A DNA stretch of 44,664 nt from a phage: sequence record OZ077758.1; one strand, 5' to 3'. Under the pieces are notes generated by a model. That model worked only from the letters and a program-made list of their open reading frames with translations. It was not told the DNA's origin and did not search any database. Positions 9,430 to 17,181 of the stretch are shown here, one piece after another. How positions within the stretch are numbered: position 1 is the stretch's first letter; each line of letters starts with the position of its first letter. Position numbers and translations under genes: made by a program.

Positions 9430-9851
9430 TGAGCAATACCGCAATCCGCAAAGCGCTTAACAGCGTGGTTGAAGAGTTATCGGCAAGCCTGAGCACAAGC
9501 CAGCGTCCGATTAGGGTTAACTGGGAGAACGTGAGCGGCGACCACGCAAACGGCAGCGGTGTCTACCTGGAGCCGTACCTGCTACCGGCCCCGACCCAGT
9601 TTGTTGGCCTCCAGCAAAAGGGGAGAATATATGCAGGCGTTTATCAGGTTGCCGTTGTGTTTCCAGCGGGTACTGGCACACAGTACGCGAGCGAACTGGC
9701 GGACGCCATCGCTACGTCGGATAAGTGGCTGGCGGTGAAGATTTCCGGCGCTGTATTCCAGCTTCAGGACGCGCCATACACCAGTTCAGTGGTTGAGGAC
9801 GTTGATCGCGCCCGCATCGTGGTTACAGTCCCCTACACCTGTTGCGCCTGA
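9429..9851 (+). CDS. tail terminator protein (putative, gpU-like position)
   Basis: 140 aa, overlaps previous stop, immediately upstream of major tail gene. Confidence 0.35.
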   Translation: MSNTAIRKALNSVVEELSASLSTSQRPIRVNWENVSGDHANGSGVYLEPYLLPAPTQFVGLQQKGRIYAGVYQVAVVFPAGTGTQYASELADAIATSDKWLAVKISGAVFQLQDAPYTSSVVEDVDRARIVVTVPYTCCA

Positions 9852-9903
9852 TTTGGCGCTATTCTGCGCGTGCTGTATCATTGAACCGTATATCTAAACA
9901 GGA

Positions 9904-10638
9904 GTGTTCATTATGGGTTATCAACTTCCTAACGGGTCTAGCGTCCAGATTGGGTCCGTACTTGGCAGCGGCATCGCTGTTACGGCAGCTACCAACGCTG
10001 CCGCGTCGATCTCTGACCTTACGCAAGGTTGCGTAATTACCTGCGCGGCTTCGCATGGCCTGGTTGTAGGCGACGTTGTTATGTTCACTAAAACCCCGTG
10101 GGTACGTGCGCTGAACCGCGCGTTCATCGTGGGTAAAGTAGCCGAGAACGCTGTTACACTGGCGCGCTTCGACACCTCGGACGTCACCAAATACCCGACC
10201 GGTGCTTTCGGCGTAGGCACACCAGGCGAAGTGGTGAAGGTGTCGAGCTTTATCGACTTCCCGTTTATCACTAACGTCGCCGTGTCTGGTGGCGACCAGC
10301 AGACTACTACCTTCCAGCCGTTGCAGGTGAATACCGCGATTAGTCTGAATACCACGAAAAACCCGTTGGTCCAGACTTACACCTTCACCCATGACGAAGA
10401 AGACCCGATCCGCCCGATTCTGGAAGACCTGGACGACACACAGAAAACCACTGTGATTAAGTTCACTAACCCGGCAGCGGCAAGCGGCAAAGGTGAGATC
10501 CGCATTTACCCGGCTAAGGTGTCTTTCCAGAAGATTCCATCGGCTGAAGTAAACAACGTGGAGACGGTGGAGTCCACTCTGACCATGCAGTCTGATATGG
10601 TTATCTACCGTAAGGATCTGGTCGAGGCATTGTCTTGA
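9904..10638 (+). CDS. major tail protein
   Basis: 244 aa, RBS AGGAG, precedes G/GT chaperone pair and tape measure; followed by terminator. Confidence 0.6.
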   Translation: MFIMGYQLPNGSSVQIGSVLGSGIAVTAATNAAASISDLTQGCVITCAASHGLVVGDVVMFTKTPWVRALNRAFIVGKVAENAVTLARFDTSDVTKYPTGAFGVGTPGEVVKVSSFIDFPFITNVAVSGGDQQTTTFQPLQVNTAISLNTTKNPLVQTYTFTHDEEDPIRPILEDLDDTQKTTVIKFTNPAAASGKGEIRIYPAKVSFQKIPSAEVNNVETVESTLTMQSDMVIYRKDLVEALS

Positions 10639-10668
10639 TTTGGTCGCTTAAATAGCGAGTGATAATAT

Positions 10669-10692
10669 GGGGCCAGCACGGCCCCTTTTTTA
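10669..10692 (+). terminator. rho-independent terminator after major tail gene
   Basis: GGGGCCAGCACGGCCCC hairpin followed by TTTTTTA. Confidence 0.65.
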
Positions 10693-10707
10693 TTGGAGAA
10701 TACTACA

Positions 10708-11070
10708 ATGGCTAAAGCACCACTTTTCACACTTGACCCTAAGCCTACCTTTAAGCTGCCGATTGAGATCCCGCGCCCAGGCGAAAACGAACCGGGCAAA
10801 ATGACGTTTACAGTACGCCACCGCCCGATCGACGAATTTTCGCAAACCATGCAGGACACCGAACGGAAGCTGTCGGAATATGACGACAATGACCCGGACG
10901 GCTTTAACGTTATGGTCGAGGCCATCATGCACGTCGCTGAAGGCTGGAATCTGCCGGACGAATTTAACGCGGAAAACGTCCGCCGCCTGGTTGTCAACTA
11001 TCCACGCGCGTTCGGTGTGTTCCACACGTCGTACTATCTCGAACTGATGGGATTGCGTGAAAAAAACTAA
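10708..11070 (+). CDS. tail assembly chaperone G
   Basis: 120 aa from ATG 10708 (RBS GGAG); ends at slippery run GAAAAAAAC immediately before TAA. Confidence 0.7.
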   Translation: MAKAPLFTLDPKPTFKLPIEIPRPGENEPGKMTFTVRHRPIDEFSQTMQDTERKLSEYDDNDPDGFNVMVEAIMHVAEGWNLPDEFNAENVRRLVVNYPRAFGVFHTSYYLELMGLREKN

Positions 11071-11384
11071 TTGAGGCGGCGCGACGCTTTTATGGCCCGC
11101 CGCCACCCTCCGAAGATTTAGCCGCAAGTTTATGGGGTGCGGCCCCCGAAGATGTTTGTCCGCCTGTTGCGCTATGGCCCGACAACGCGAAGGTAGTCGC
11201 AGTCTTCACAGATTGCTCCACGCAATGGCGCACCGGTTTTGGTGGCGCATACGGCATCGACTACGGCGTGCTGGAGTGGTTATTTAAGATGCACGGTATC
11301 GAAAACGAGCAGCGCGCGTTTAAAGATATCAAGCTAATGGAACGAATCGCGCTTGATGAGATGGCGCAGCAGAACCCCGCATAA
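10708..11384 (+). CDS. tail assembly chaperone GT (-1 programmed frameshift product)
   Basis: slippery heptamer A_AAA_AAC at 11061..11067 bracketed by a -1 frame stop (TGA 11058..11060) and the 0-frame stop (TAA 11068..11070); -1 frame stays open with no start codon for 107 codons to TAA at 11382..11384. Confidence 0.6.
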
Positions 11385-11387
11385 TGA

Positions 11388-11516
11388 AGCGGGACAGGCG
11401 GGACGTCCCGTTTTGTCCCGCCCCTGCAAAACTGCATACCTATTCACTTCCACCGCATAAACTCAAAACGGGACAAGCGGGACGTCCCGTTTTGTCCCGC
11501 CCCTGAAAGGTGCATA
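11388..11516. repeat. two direct copies of a 36-bp GGGAC palindromic element
   Basis: GGGACA(G/A)GCGGGACGTCCCGTTTTGTCCCGCCCCTG at 11391..11426 and 11470..11505 (one mismatch); each contains the 12-bp perfect palindrome CGGGACGTCCCG and 8-bp inverted arms GGCGGGAC / GTCCCGCC. Confidence 0.8.
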
Positions 11517-11540
11517 ACTATTCTAATTTCGTGCATAAAG

Positions 11541-11712
11541 TAAGCGGGACAAAAAGCGGGACAGACAAGGGGCGGGACAAAACGGGACAGCACCCCGTCC
11601 CCGCCAGTGCTGCCGCGGTTTTCAGCCGATCGGGACAGCGGGACAGCACCCCAGTCTTTCAGACTAGACGGGGGTCATCGGCCCCCCTCGTCTGAGACTG
11701 AATAAGGTTTGT
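11541..11712 (+). repeat. GGGACA iteron array plus conserved double-hairpin element (copy A)
   Basis: four GGGACA repeats at spacing 12/16/10, a 34-bp variable block, two more GGGACA, then hairpins AGTCTTTCAGACT and AGACGGGGG..CCCCCCTCGTCT; near-identical to 39596..39772. Confidence 0.8.
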
Positions 11713-11768
11713 TTGAAATTCGCTGATACAATACCAATCGGCAACTGCATAAAAAAGGGGACTGCATA

Positions 11769-14411
11769 ATGGCAGATCAAGCGGCAGGCATCACGCTGAA
11801 GGCTGATGTTGCACAAATAAGAACGGCAAATACTGTGCTGGACTCCTTCGCACAGAAATCCGAGAACACAGAAAACAAGGTTAAGAAATTAAACGACACC
11901 CTCGGCAAATCCAAAAAGGTGACGAGTGACGCCGCGGGCGGAATGGAGAAGCTGGCGACTGAATCGCAGCGCGCCGCCGATGGCATGACGAAACAGGAGC
12001 GACTCGCCAACCGGTTGGGCATGTCGACCAAAAACCTGGGCTTTGCCTCGCGTAATGCCGCATTCCAGTTACAGGATATCGCGGTTACGCTTGAGATGGG
12101 GATGCCGGTGCACCGCGTCATGCTTCAGCAGCTCCCACAGCTTACTGGGGCGTTCGGCGGACTGGGTAACACGCTGCGTTATGTTGCGGGATTTCTTGGT
12201 CCGGTAGGGATCGGCCTCGCCGCCGTAACGGCAACGTTAGGCGTGGGCGTGGCAATTACGTCCCGCGCAGAGAACCAGGTCGCCGCGCTTAACAAGACGC
12301 TGGCACTTTCCGGTAACATTTCCGGCCTGACGGCAAACCAGATCCTGGTGCTATCCGAGAACGCCGAGCGCATGGGCGGGTCATTTCGCAAGACGCGTGA
12401 CACAATCCAGGCGCTGGCGGCGGCGGGTGTGAAAGCGGGTGGTGACTTCGGCGCACTGGCGAAGGTAGTGAATGACTTCGCGAAGGTGTCCAGCCAGCCG
12501 ATCGAGGATGTGGTCGCGGCGGTGGCGAAGCTATCTACCGACCCGGTAGGTGGCTTGCGAGCATTGGCGGATAAGTATCACGTCGTAAACGAAGCGCAGA
12601 TCCAGCAGGTGCAGTCACTAGTGACGGCTGGTCGCGAAACCGAAGCGGTGGCGCTGGCTAACAAAACAGCCGCAGCGTCGTTTACCACCATGACCAATGA
12701 GATCAAGTCCAACATGGGTACGCTTGAGCGGTCGATGAACGTCGTTACATCGGCAGCTAAATCTATGTGGGATGCTATCCTGGATGTTGGACGCGCGCAG
12801 TCCTCGAATGAGTCCGAGATGAAAGCGCGTGAGTCATTGCAGCGGCTGACAACGGCTTACTATGCCGAGATGAAAGCGGTAAACGCTGCCGGTGGGGTGA
12901 TGACCGAAGCGCAGAAAGCGCGTATTAACATGCTTTACAGCGAACTGGTCGCCCAGGAAAAAGTAGTGGCGTCGCTAACCCTGCGTAACCGTGCCGAGCG
13001 AGACAACGCAAGTGCCGCTGACGAAGCAGCAAAGGCGAACGAAGAGGCAAACCGCACCGCCCGCGACCGCGCCGCGTTTGAGAAGGAGTACGCAACCAAC
13101 GCGAAGCGGCGAGCCGACGAGATCGCCCGCCTCAATTTGCTGAATAAGCGCGGCGTGATTGACGAGAAAGAGCTTGCCGAGGCGGTGAAGCAAGTAAACG
13201 AGCGTTACAAAGACCCCGCCCCGAAGAAGGCCGCCGCTGTTCGAGTCGATGCCGGGCTGAAAATGCTGGAAGTCGCACGGAGCGAACTGGCCCAGCTTCG
13301 AGAATCCGGCAAGCAGATCGAAGCCAACGCGTCTACGCAGACCCGCACGCAACGCGCTCAAGCGGCCTTAAACAAGCTGATCGCCGACAATGAGCAGTTA
13401 ATCGCTGCGAGCAAAGAAAGAGCGCTAACGGCAGCAGAAAAGCAGCAATTAGTCGAGTTCGGGCGCGTGAAGGAAGTCCGCGAGCAGATCGTCGAAGAAG
13501 CCAAATTGCTGGATGCGAAAGAGCAGCAGGTTAAGGCGCACGCGCAGATCGATGCCTTCGTTAAGAACCAGAACGCCGAACTAAAAGCCACCGCCGCGGG
13601 GTATGCGCTTTCCACTCGCGAAGCGGCAAACCTGCGCGAAGAATTGCAGCTAATTGACCGCCTGAAGCGGGTTGGCGCTAACGATACCGATATTGACAAG
13701 GCGGTGTCTAAGCTGCGAGAAGTGCAGGAAGCACAGACCGGCGCTAACGCCTCGTTATGGGATGGATTCAGTCGCGGGCTTAAGGATAGCGTGGATGAAA
13801 TGGGTAACGGCTATACGCAGATGACGTCGCTCACAAAATTCACGTTCAGCGCTATGCAGGACACGATGAACGAGTTTTTCGAGACTGGCAAGCTAAACGC
13901 AAAGGATATGGTTAAATCCATCCTGAGCGAACTAATCAAGCTGGCTACCTCGCAGGCATTCAAGTCCATCGTTAGCGCTTTCGGCGGCGACGGCGGCAAA
14001 AACGGATTGTTCGGCGCTATCTTCTCGGGCCTCACTAAGAATGCGGACGGCGGAGCGTACGCAGGAGGCAATCTCGCGGCCTATTCCGGGCAGGTGGTAA
14101 GCCAGCCAACCTTTTTCAGTTATGGCGTCCAGGCGTTCGCTAAGGGCGCAGGATTGATGGGTGAGGCCGGACCCGAGGCCATCATGCCACTGAAGCGCGG
14201 GCCGGATGGCAAACTGGGCGTTGCCGCGTCTGGCGCAGGCGGTGGTATGGTCGTGACGACTAACGTTTACACGGGGACCGGTAAGACGGACACCAGTGTT
14301 AGCGGGCCAGACCCACGTACCGCGCAGGCGTTCGGCAAGCAAATCACCGAGGCGGTGAAGTCCGAGATCGTGAAAGCGACTAAACCAGGTGGTGTACTTT
14401 ACAAACGATGA
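11769..14411 (+). CDS. tail tape measure protein
   Basis: 880 aa, long alpha-helical Ala/Gln/Glu-rich middle region, Gly-rich C-terminus; follows G/GT. Confidence 0.85.
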   Translation: MADQAAGITLKADVAQIRTANTVLDSFAQKSENTENKVKKLNDTLGKSKKVTSDAAGGMEKLATESQRAADGMTKQERLANRLGMSTKNLGFASRNAAFQLQDIAVTLEMGMPVHRVMLQQLPQLTGAFGGLGNTLRYVAGFLGPVGIGLAAVTATLGVGVAITSRAENQVAALNKTLALSGNISGLTANQILVLSENAERMGGSFRKTRDTIQALAAAGVKAGGDFGALAKVVNDFAKVSSQPIEDVVAAVAKLSTDPVGGLRALADKYHVVNEAQIQQVQSLVTAGRETEAVALANKTAAASFTTMTNEIKSNMGTLERSMNVVTSAAKSMWDAILDVGRAQSSNESEMKARESLQRLTTAYYAEMKAVNAAGGVMTEAQKARINMLYSELVAQEKVVASLTLRNRAERDNASAADEAAKANEEANRTARDRAAFEKEYATNAKRRADEIARLNLLNKRGVIDEKELAEAVKQVNERYKDPAPKKAAAVRVDAGLKMLEVARSELAQLRESGKQIEANASTQTRTQRAQAALNKLIADNEQLIAASKERALTAAEKQQLVEFGRVKEVREQIVEEAKLLDAKEQQVKAHAQIDAFVKNQNAELKATAAGYALSTREAANLREELQLIDRLKRVGANDTDIDKAVSKLREVQEAQTGANASLWDGFSRGLKDSVDEMGNGYTQMTSLTKFTFSAMQDTMNEFFETGKLNAKDMVKSILSELIKLATSQAFKSIVSAFGGDGGKNGLFGAIFSGLTKNADGGAYAGGNLAAYSGQVVSQPTFFSYGVQAFAKGAGLMGEAGPEAIMPLKRGPDGKLGVAASGAGGGMVVTTNVYTGTGKTDTSVSGPDPRTAQAFGKQITEAVKSEIVKATKPGGVLYKR

Positions 14412-14445
14412 TAAAATGGCCCTCACTACAACGTGGGGGCTTTTT

Positions 14446-15045
14446 ATGTCACAAGGTACAATCACACTAACGAAAGGAAGTAAGACCGTCACGGGCGCGG
14501 GAACGGCGTTCCTTAGCGAGATCGGGAAGGTACTCGTATTCGCCCGCATCGACGGCAACGACTACACCGGCAAAATTGCGGCATTCAACTCGAACACGGT
14601 CATTACTCTGAAAGATAACTGGGCTGGGCCAACGAAATCCGGTGCGGCATATGAGCTAATCGAAGCACACGACCCGCGATCAAACGAATGGCCCTATTAC
14701 TGGCACATGCAATTGCAGGGCGGTGGCGACGTGCAGTTAGCTTTCCGGTCCGAGGAATTGCAATTCGGTAATGGCTACGGGCAGAACATCGCGGACGGCC
14801 CGAACGCCGAAACTAAACAGTTCCCCGTGCAATTCATAGGGCTGACTACTGACAAGTGGTGCAACCCTAAACTGGTTTACAACTTCCTTCGCGGGCACTT
14901 CGTCAAGCCGTTTGTCGTCACCGCGCCGGATGGCGAAACAGGTTTATTCGTGGTCGAGCGTTCGAGCTTGTCGTACACGGACAACGGACACCTCACGGCA
15001 ACCGTATCCGCCACCCTTAAGACTGCTATTGGATTCGTAAGATGA
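14446..15045 (+). CDS. minor tail protein (gpM-like C-terminal domain with extra N-terminal domain)
   Basis: 199 aa from ATG 14446; N-terminal ~70 aa align with the N-terminus of the tail fibre 21928..23841; position after tape measure. Confidence 0.55.
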   Translation: MSQGTITLTKGSKTVTGAGTAFLSEIGKVLVFARIDGNDYTGKIAAFNSNTVITLKDNWAGPTKSGAAYELIEAHDPRSNEWPYYWHMQLQGGGDVQLAFRSEELQFGNGYGQNIADGPNAETKQFPVQFIGLTTDKWCNPKLVYNFLRGHFVKPFVVTAPDGETGLFVVERSSLSYTDNGHLTATVSATLKTAIGFVR

Positions 15046-15830
15046 ATAAACTTTATCGCGAGGCGACGCGCTTTGACCCATCGGGTCGCGTTCGCCTGAT
15101 TCACATTGACGCGCAGGACGTGGAACCAGGCGACGGTGCGATCGGCGCGGGCCATCACTATTTCCACTACTGCTTTATTCCGCACACTGCCGAGGATATT
15201 GCCGCCGCAGGCGGTGACGAGGACAAGCTAAAACCTAAATCCATCTTCTTCGGCGGGCAGGAGTTCGAATTTTGGCCCTTCGATTTGTCCGGCCTCAACT
15301 TCTCCACATCAACGGCCGCAGAACCGCAACTAACAATCGTCGATATTGGCGGCATAATAACCCGGCTGTCGCTGAATCACGACCAGCTACTGGGCGCGAA
15401 GGTTGAGATCATTGATACGTTCGCGAAGTTCCTGGACAACGGGACAGATCCAGACCCGACGCAGAAACGAGTTCAGGAGTATTACATTGACTCGCAGGTC
15501 GGGCGCAATCCTGGCAAGCAAATCACCTTCGCACTATCCTCTCCTGCGGATATGGAGGGGCAAGTAGTTCCCCGCCGCCAAATCATGAATATGTGCGAAT
15601 GGGCGTTAAATGGGAAGTACGCCAGCGGGGACGGGTGCACTTGGAACCTTGCGAAGCCAGGTATCAAGTATTACGACGAGCGGGGTAATGAAGTCATCGC
15701 GATGAATATGGACCGATGCGGCGGCTGTTTGTCCGACTGCTATCTTCGTTTTGGTCAAGGTCTTGCGGACCCAAAAGCGGCTGTGCTGGACTTCGGCGGT
15801 TTTCCTGGGTCCAGATTAATTAAGGGGTAG
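15042..15830 (+). CDS. minor tail protein L (gpL-like)
   Basis: 262 aa; C-terminal Cys cluster CxW..C..C...C and terminal FGGFPG as in lambda gpL. Confidence 0.8.
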   Translation: MNKLYREATRFDPSGRVRLIHIDAQDVEPGDGAIGAGHHYFHYCFIPHTAEDIAAAGGDEDKLKPKSIFFGGQEFEFWPFDLSGLNFSTSTAAEPQLTIVDIGGIITRLSLNHDQLLGAKVEIIDTFAKFLDNGTDPDPTQKRVQEYYIDSQVGRNPGKQITFALSSPADMEGQVVPRRQIMNMCEWALNGKYASGDGCTWNLAKPGIKYYDERGNEVIAMNMDRCGGCLSDCYLRFGQGLADPKAAVLDFGGFPGSRLIKG

Positions 15831-15832
15831 CC

Positions 15833-16573
15833 ATGCTGACGAAAAAGGTTAAAAGCGATATCGCCGCACATGTCGCGGCATGTCTGCCGGAAGAAGCCTG
15901 CGGCCTTGTCGTCATGGTGGGCCGTAAGCAAGTATTCGTCCCGTGCCTTAACGTGTTTGAAGACCCGACCGGCGTGCGCTCACGCAAAGACGCTTTCACG
16001 ATTAGCGATATGGCCTGGATGGATGCCGAGGATATGGGCGACGTAGTGCGCGTAGTCCACTCGCACCCAGGTCAGCGCGAGTTAACCCCGTCGTTGGGCG
16101 ACGTTAACGGATGCAACGGCAGCGGCGTCGTCTGGACCATCACTAACGAATATGGCGACTTTATCGAGATCGACCCGGAAGACCCGCCGCTGGTGGGTCG
16201 CCGATTTGTTCTCGGAATTACGGATTGTTATGGCCTCGTTATGGACTGGCACAAAAAGCAGGGAGTAAATTTGCCAGACTTCCGCGTGCCGTACAACTGG
16301 TGGGAGACCGGGGAGAACCTGTACATGGATAACTGGTACGGTGCAGGCTTCAGAGAATGCGAGGAGAATACGCCTGGGGCGATGGTCATCATGCAGATTA
16401 GCGCGCCAGTGCCTAACCACGCTGGGATATTCCTTCCGGGCAACCAACTACTACACCATATCTACGGCAGTCTGTCGAGCGTAGTCCCCTTCCGGGCAGG
16501 ATTTTTCCGCGACAATGTGGTTAAATGGGTCCGTCATAAAGACCTACCGGGGAATATCACAGAATGGCAATGA
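15833..16573 (+). CDS. tail assembly protein K (gpK-like; JAMM/MPN plus NlpC/P60)
   Basis: 246 aa; JAMM motif VVHSHPG; C-terminal Cys/His-containing peptidase-like region. Confidence 0.8.
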   Translation: MLTKKVKSDIAAHVAACLPEEACGLVVMVGRKQVFVPCLNVFEDPTGVRSRKDAFTISDMAWMDAEDMGDVVRVVHSHPGQRELTPSLGDVNGCNGSGVVWTITNEYGDFIEIDPEDPPLVGRRFVLGITDCYGLVMDWHKKQGVNLPDFRVPYNWWETGENLYMDNWYGAGFRECEENTPGAMVIMQISAPVPNHAGIFLPGNQLLHHIYGSLSSVVPFRAGFFRDNVVKWVRHKDLPGNITEWQ

Positions 16574-17181
16574 CAACGTTTAAATTGTACGGCGTCTTAG
16601 GGCGTCGATTCGGTAAAGTTCATAAGCTGGACTGCTTCACTCCGGGCGAGGGTATTACCGGCCTGTGCGTGAAGTTACCCGGCTTACAGGACTTTCTAAT
16701 GTCAGCCCACCTGGACAATATGATGTTCAAGGTGCGCAAAGGCGACCACACGATGACCGGCTATGATGAGCTGGGTGAGTTCCACGGCAACCGCGTCGTC
16801 ACCATCGCGCCGGTTATGACTGGCGCAAAAAGAGGGTTGGGACAATTGCTGGCGGGTGTCGCGATCGTAGTGGCGTCGTTCTATACGGGCGGACTTGCTA
16901 CTGCCGCTTTCGGGGCTTCGGCTGCAACCGCTGCCGCTATCGGGACGGCGACGTTTTCGTTCGGGATGTCGATGGCGCTGGGTGGCGTTATGCAATTGCT
17001 GTCGCCACAACCGAAGGGATTGCAGACAAGGCAGGACGTGGATAACAAGGCGTCGTATGCGTTCGGCGGCCCAGTAAACACTACCGCGCAAGGCACGGCT
17101 CTTGGTGTATTATGGGGCGAGCGTGAGATCGGCGGCGCTATTATTTCAGCCGGAATCGTAACCGAGGACTTGAACGAATGA
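16564..17181 (+). CDS. tail assembly protein I (gpI-like)
   Basis: 205 aa; N-terminal ubiquitin-like region and Gly/Ala-rich hydrophobic C-terminal segment; position between K and J. Confidence 0.7.
   Translation: MAMTTFKLYGVLGRRFGKVHKLDCFTPGEGITGLCVKLPGLQDFLMSAHLDNMMFKVRKGDHTMTGYDELGEFHGNRVVTIAPVMTGAKRGLGQLLAGVAIVVASFYTGGLATAAFGASAATAAAIGTATFSFGMSMALGGVMQLLSPQPKGLQTRQDVDNKASYAFGGPVNTTAQGTALGVLWGEREIGGAIISAGIVTEDLNE

Noticed and set aside
11541-11640. Possible CRISPR array formed by the GGGACA repeats
   Set aside because: Repeat unit is only 6 to 8 bp with irregular 9 to 16 bp spacing, no 25 to 40 bp spacers and no cas genes nearby.
11510-11695. 61-aa and 84-aa ORFs (11510..11695 and 39506..39760) spanning the GGGACA repeat loci
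   Set aside because: Translation is low-complexity Gly/Arg/Asp repeats generated by the DNA repeats, with no RBS; retained only as a caveat because the variable 34-bp cassette keeps its length in both copies.
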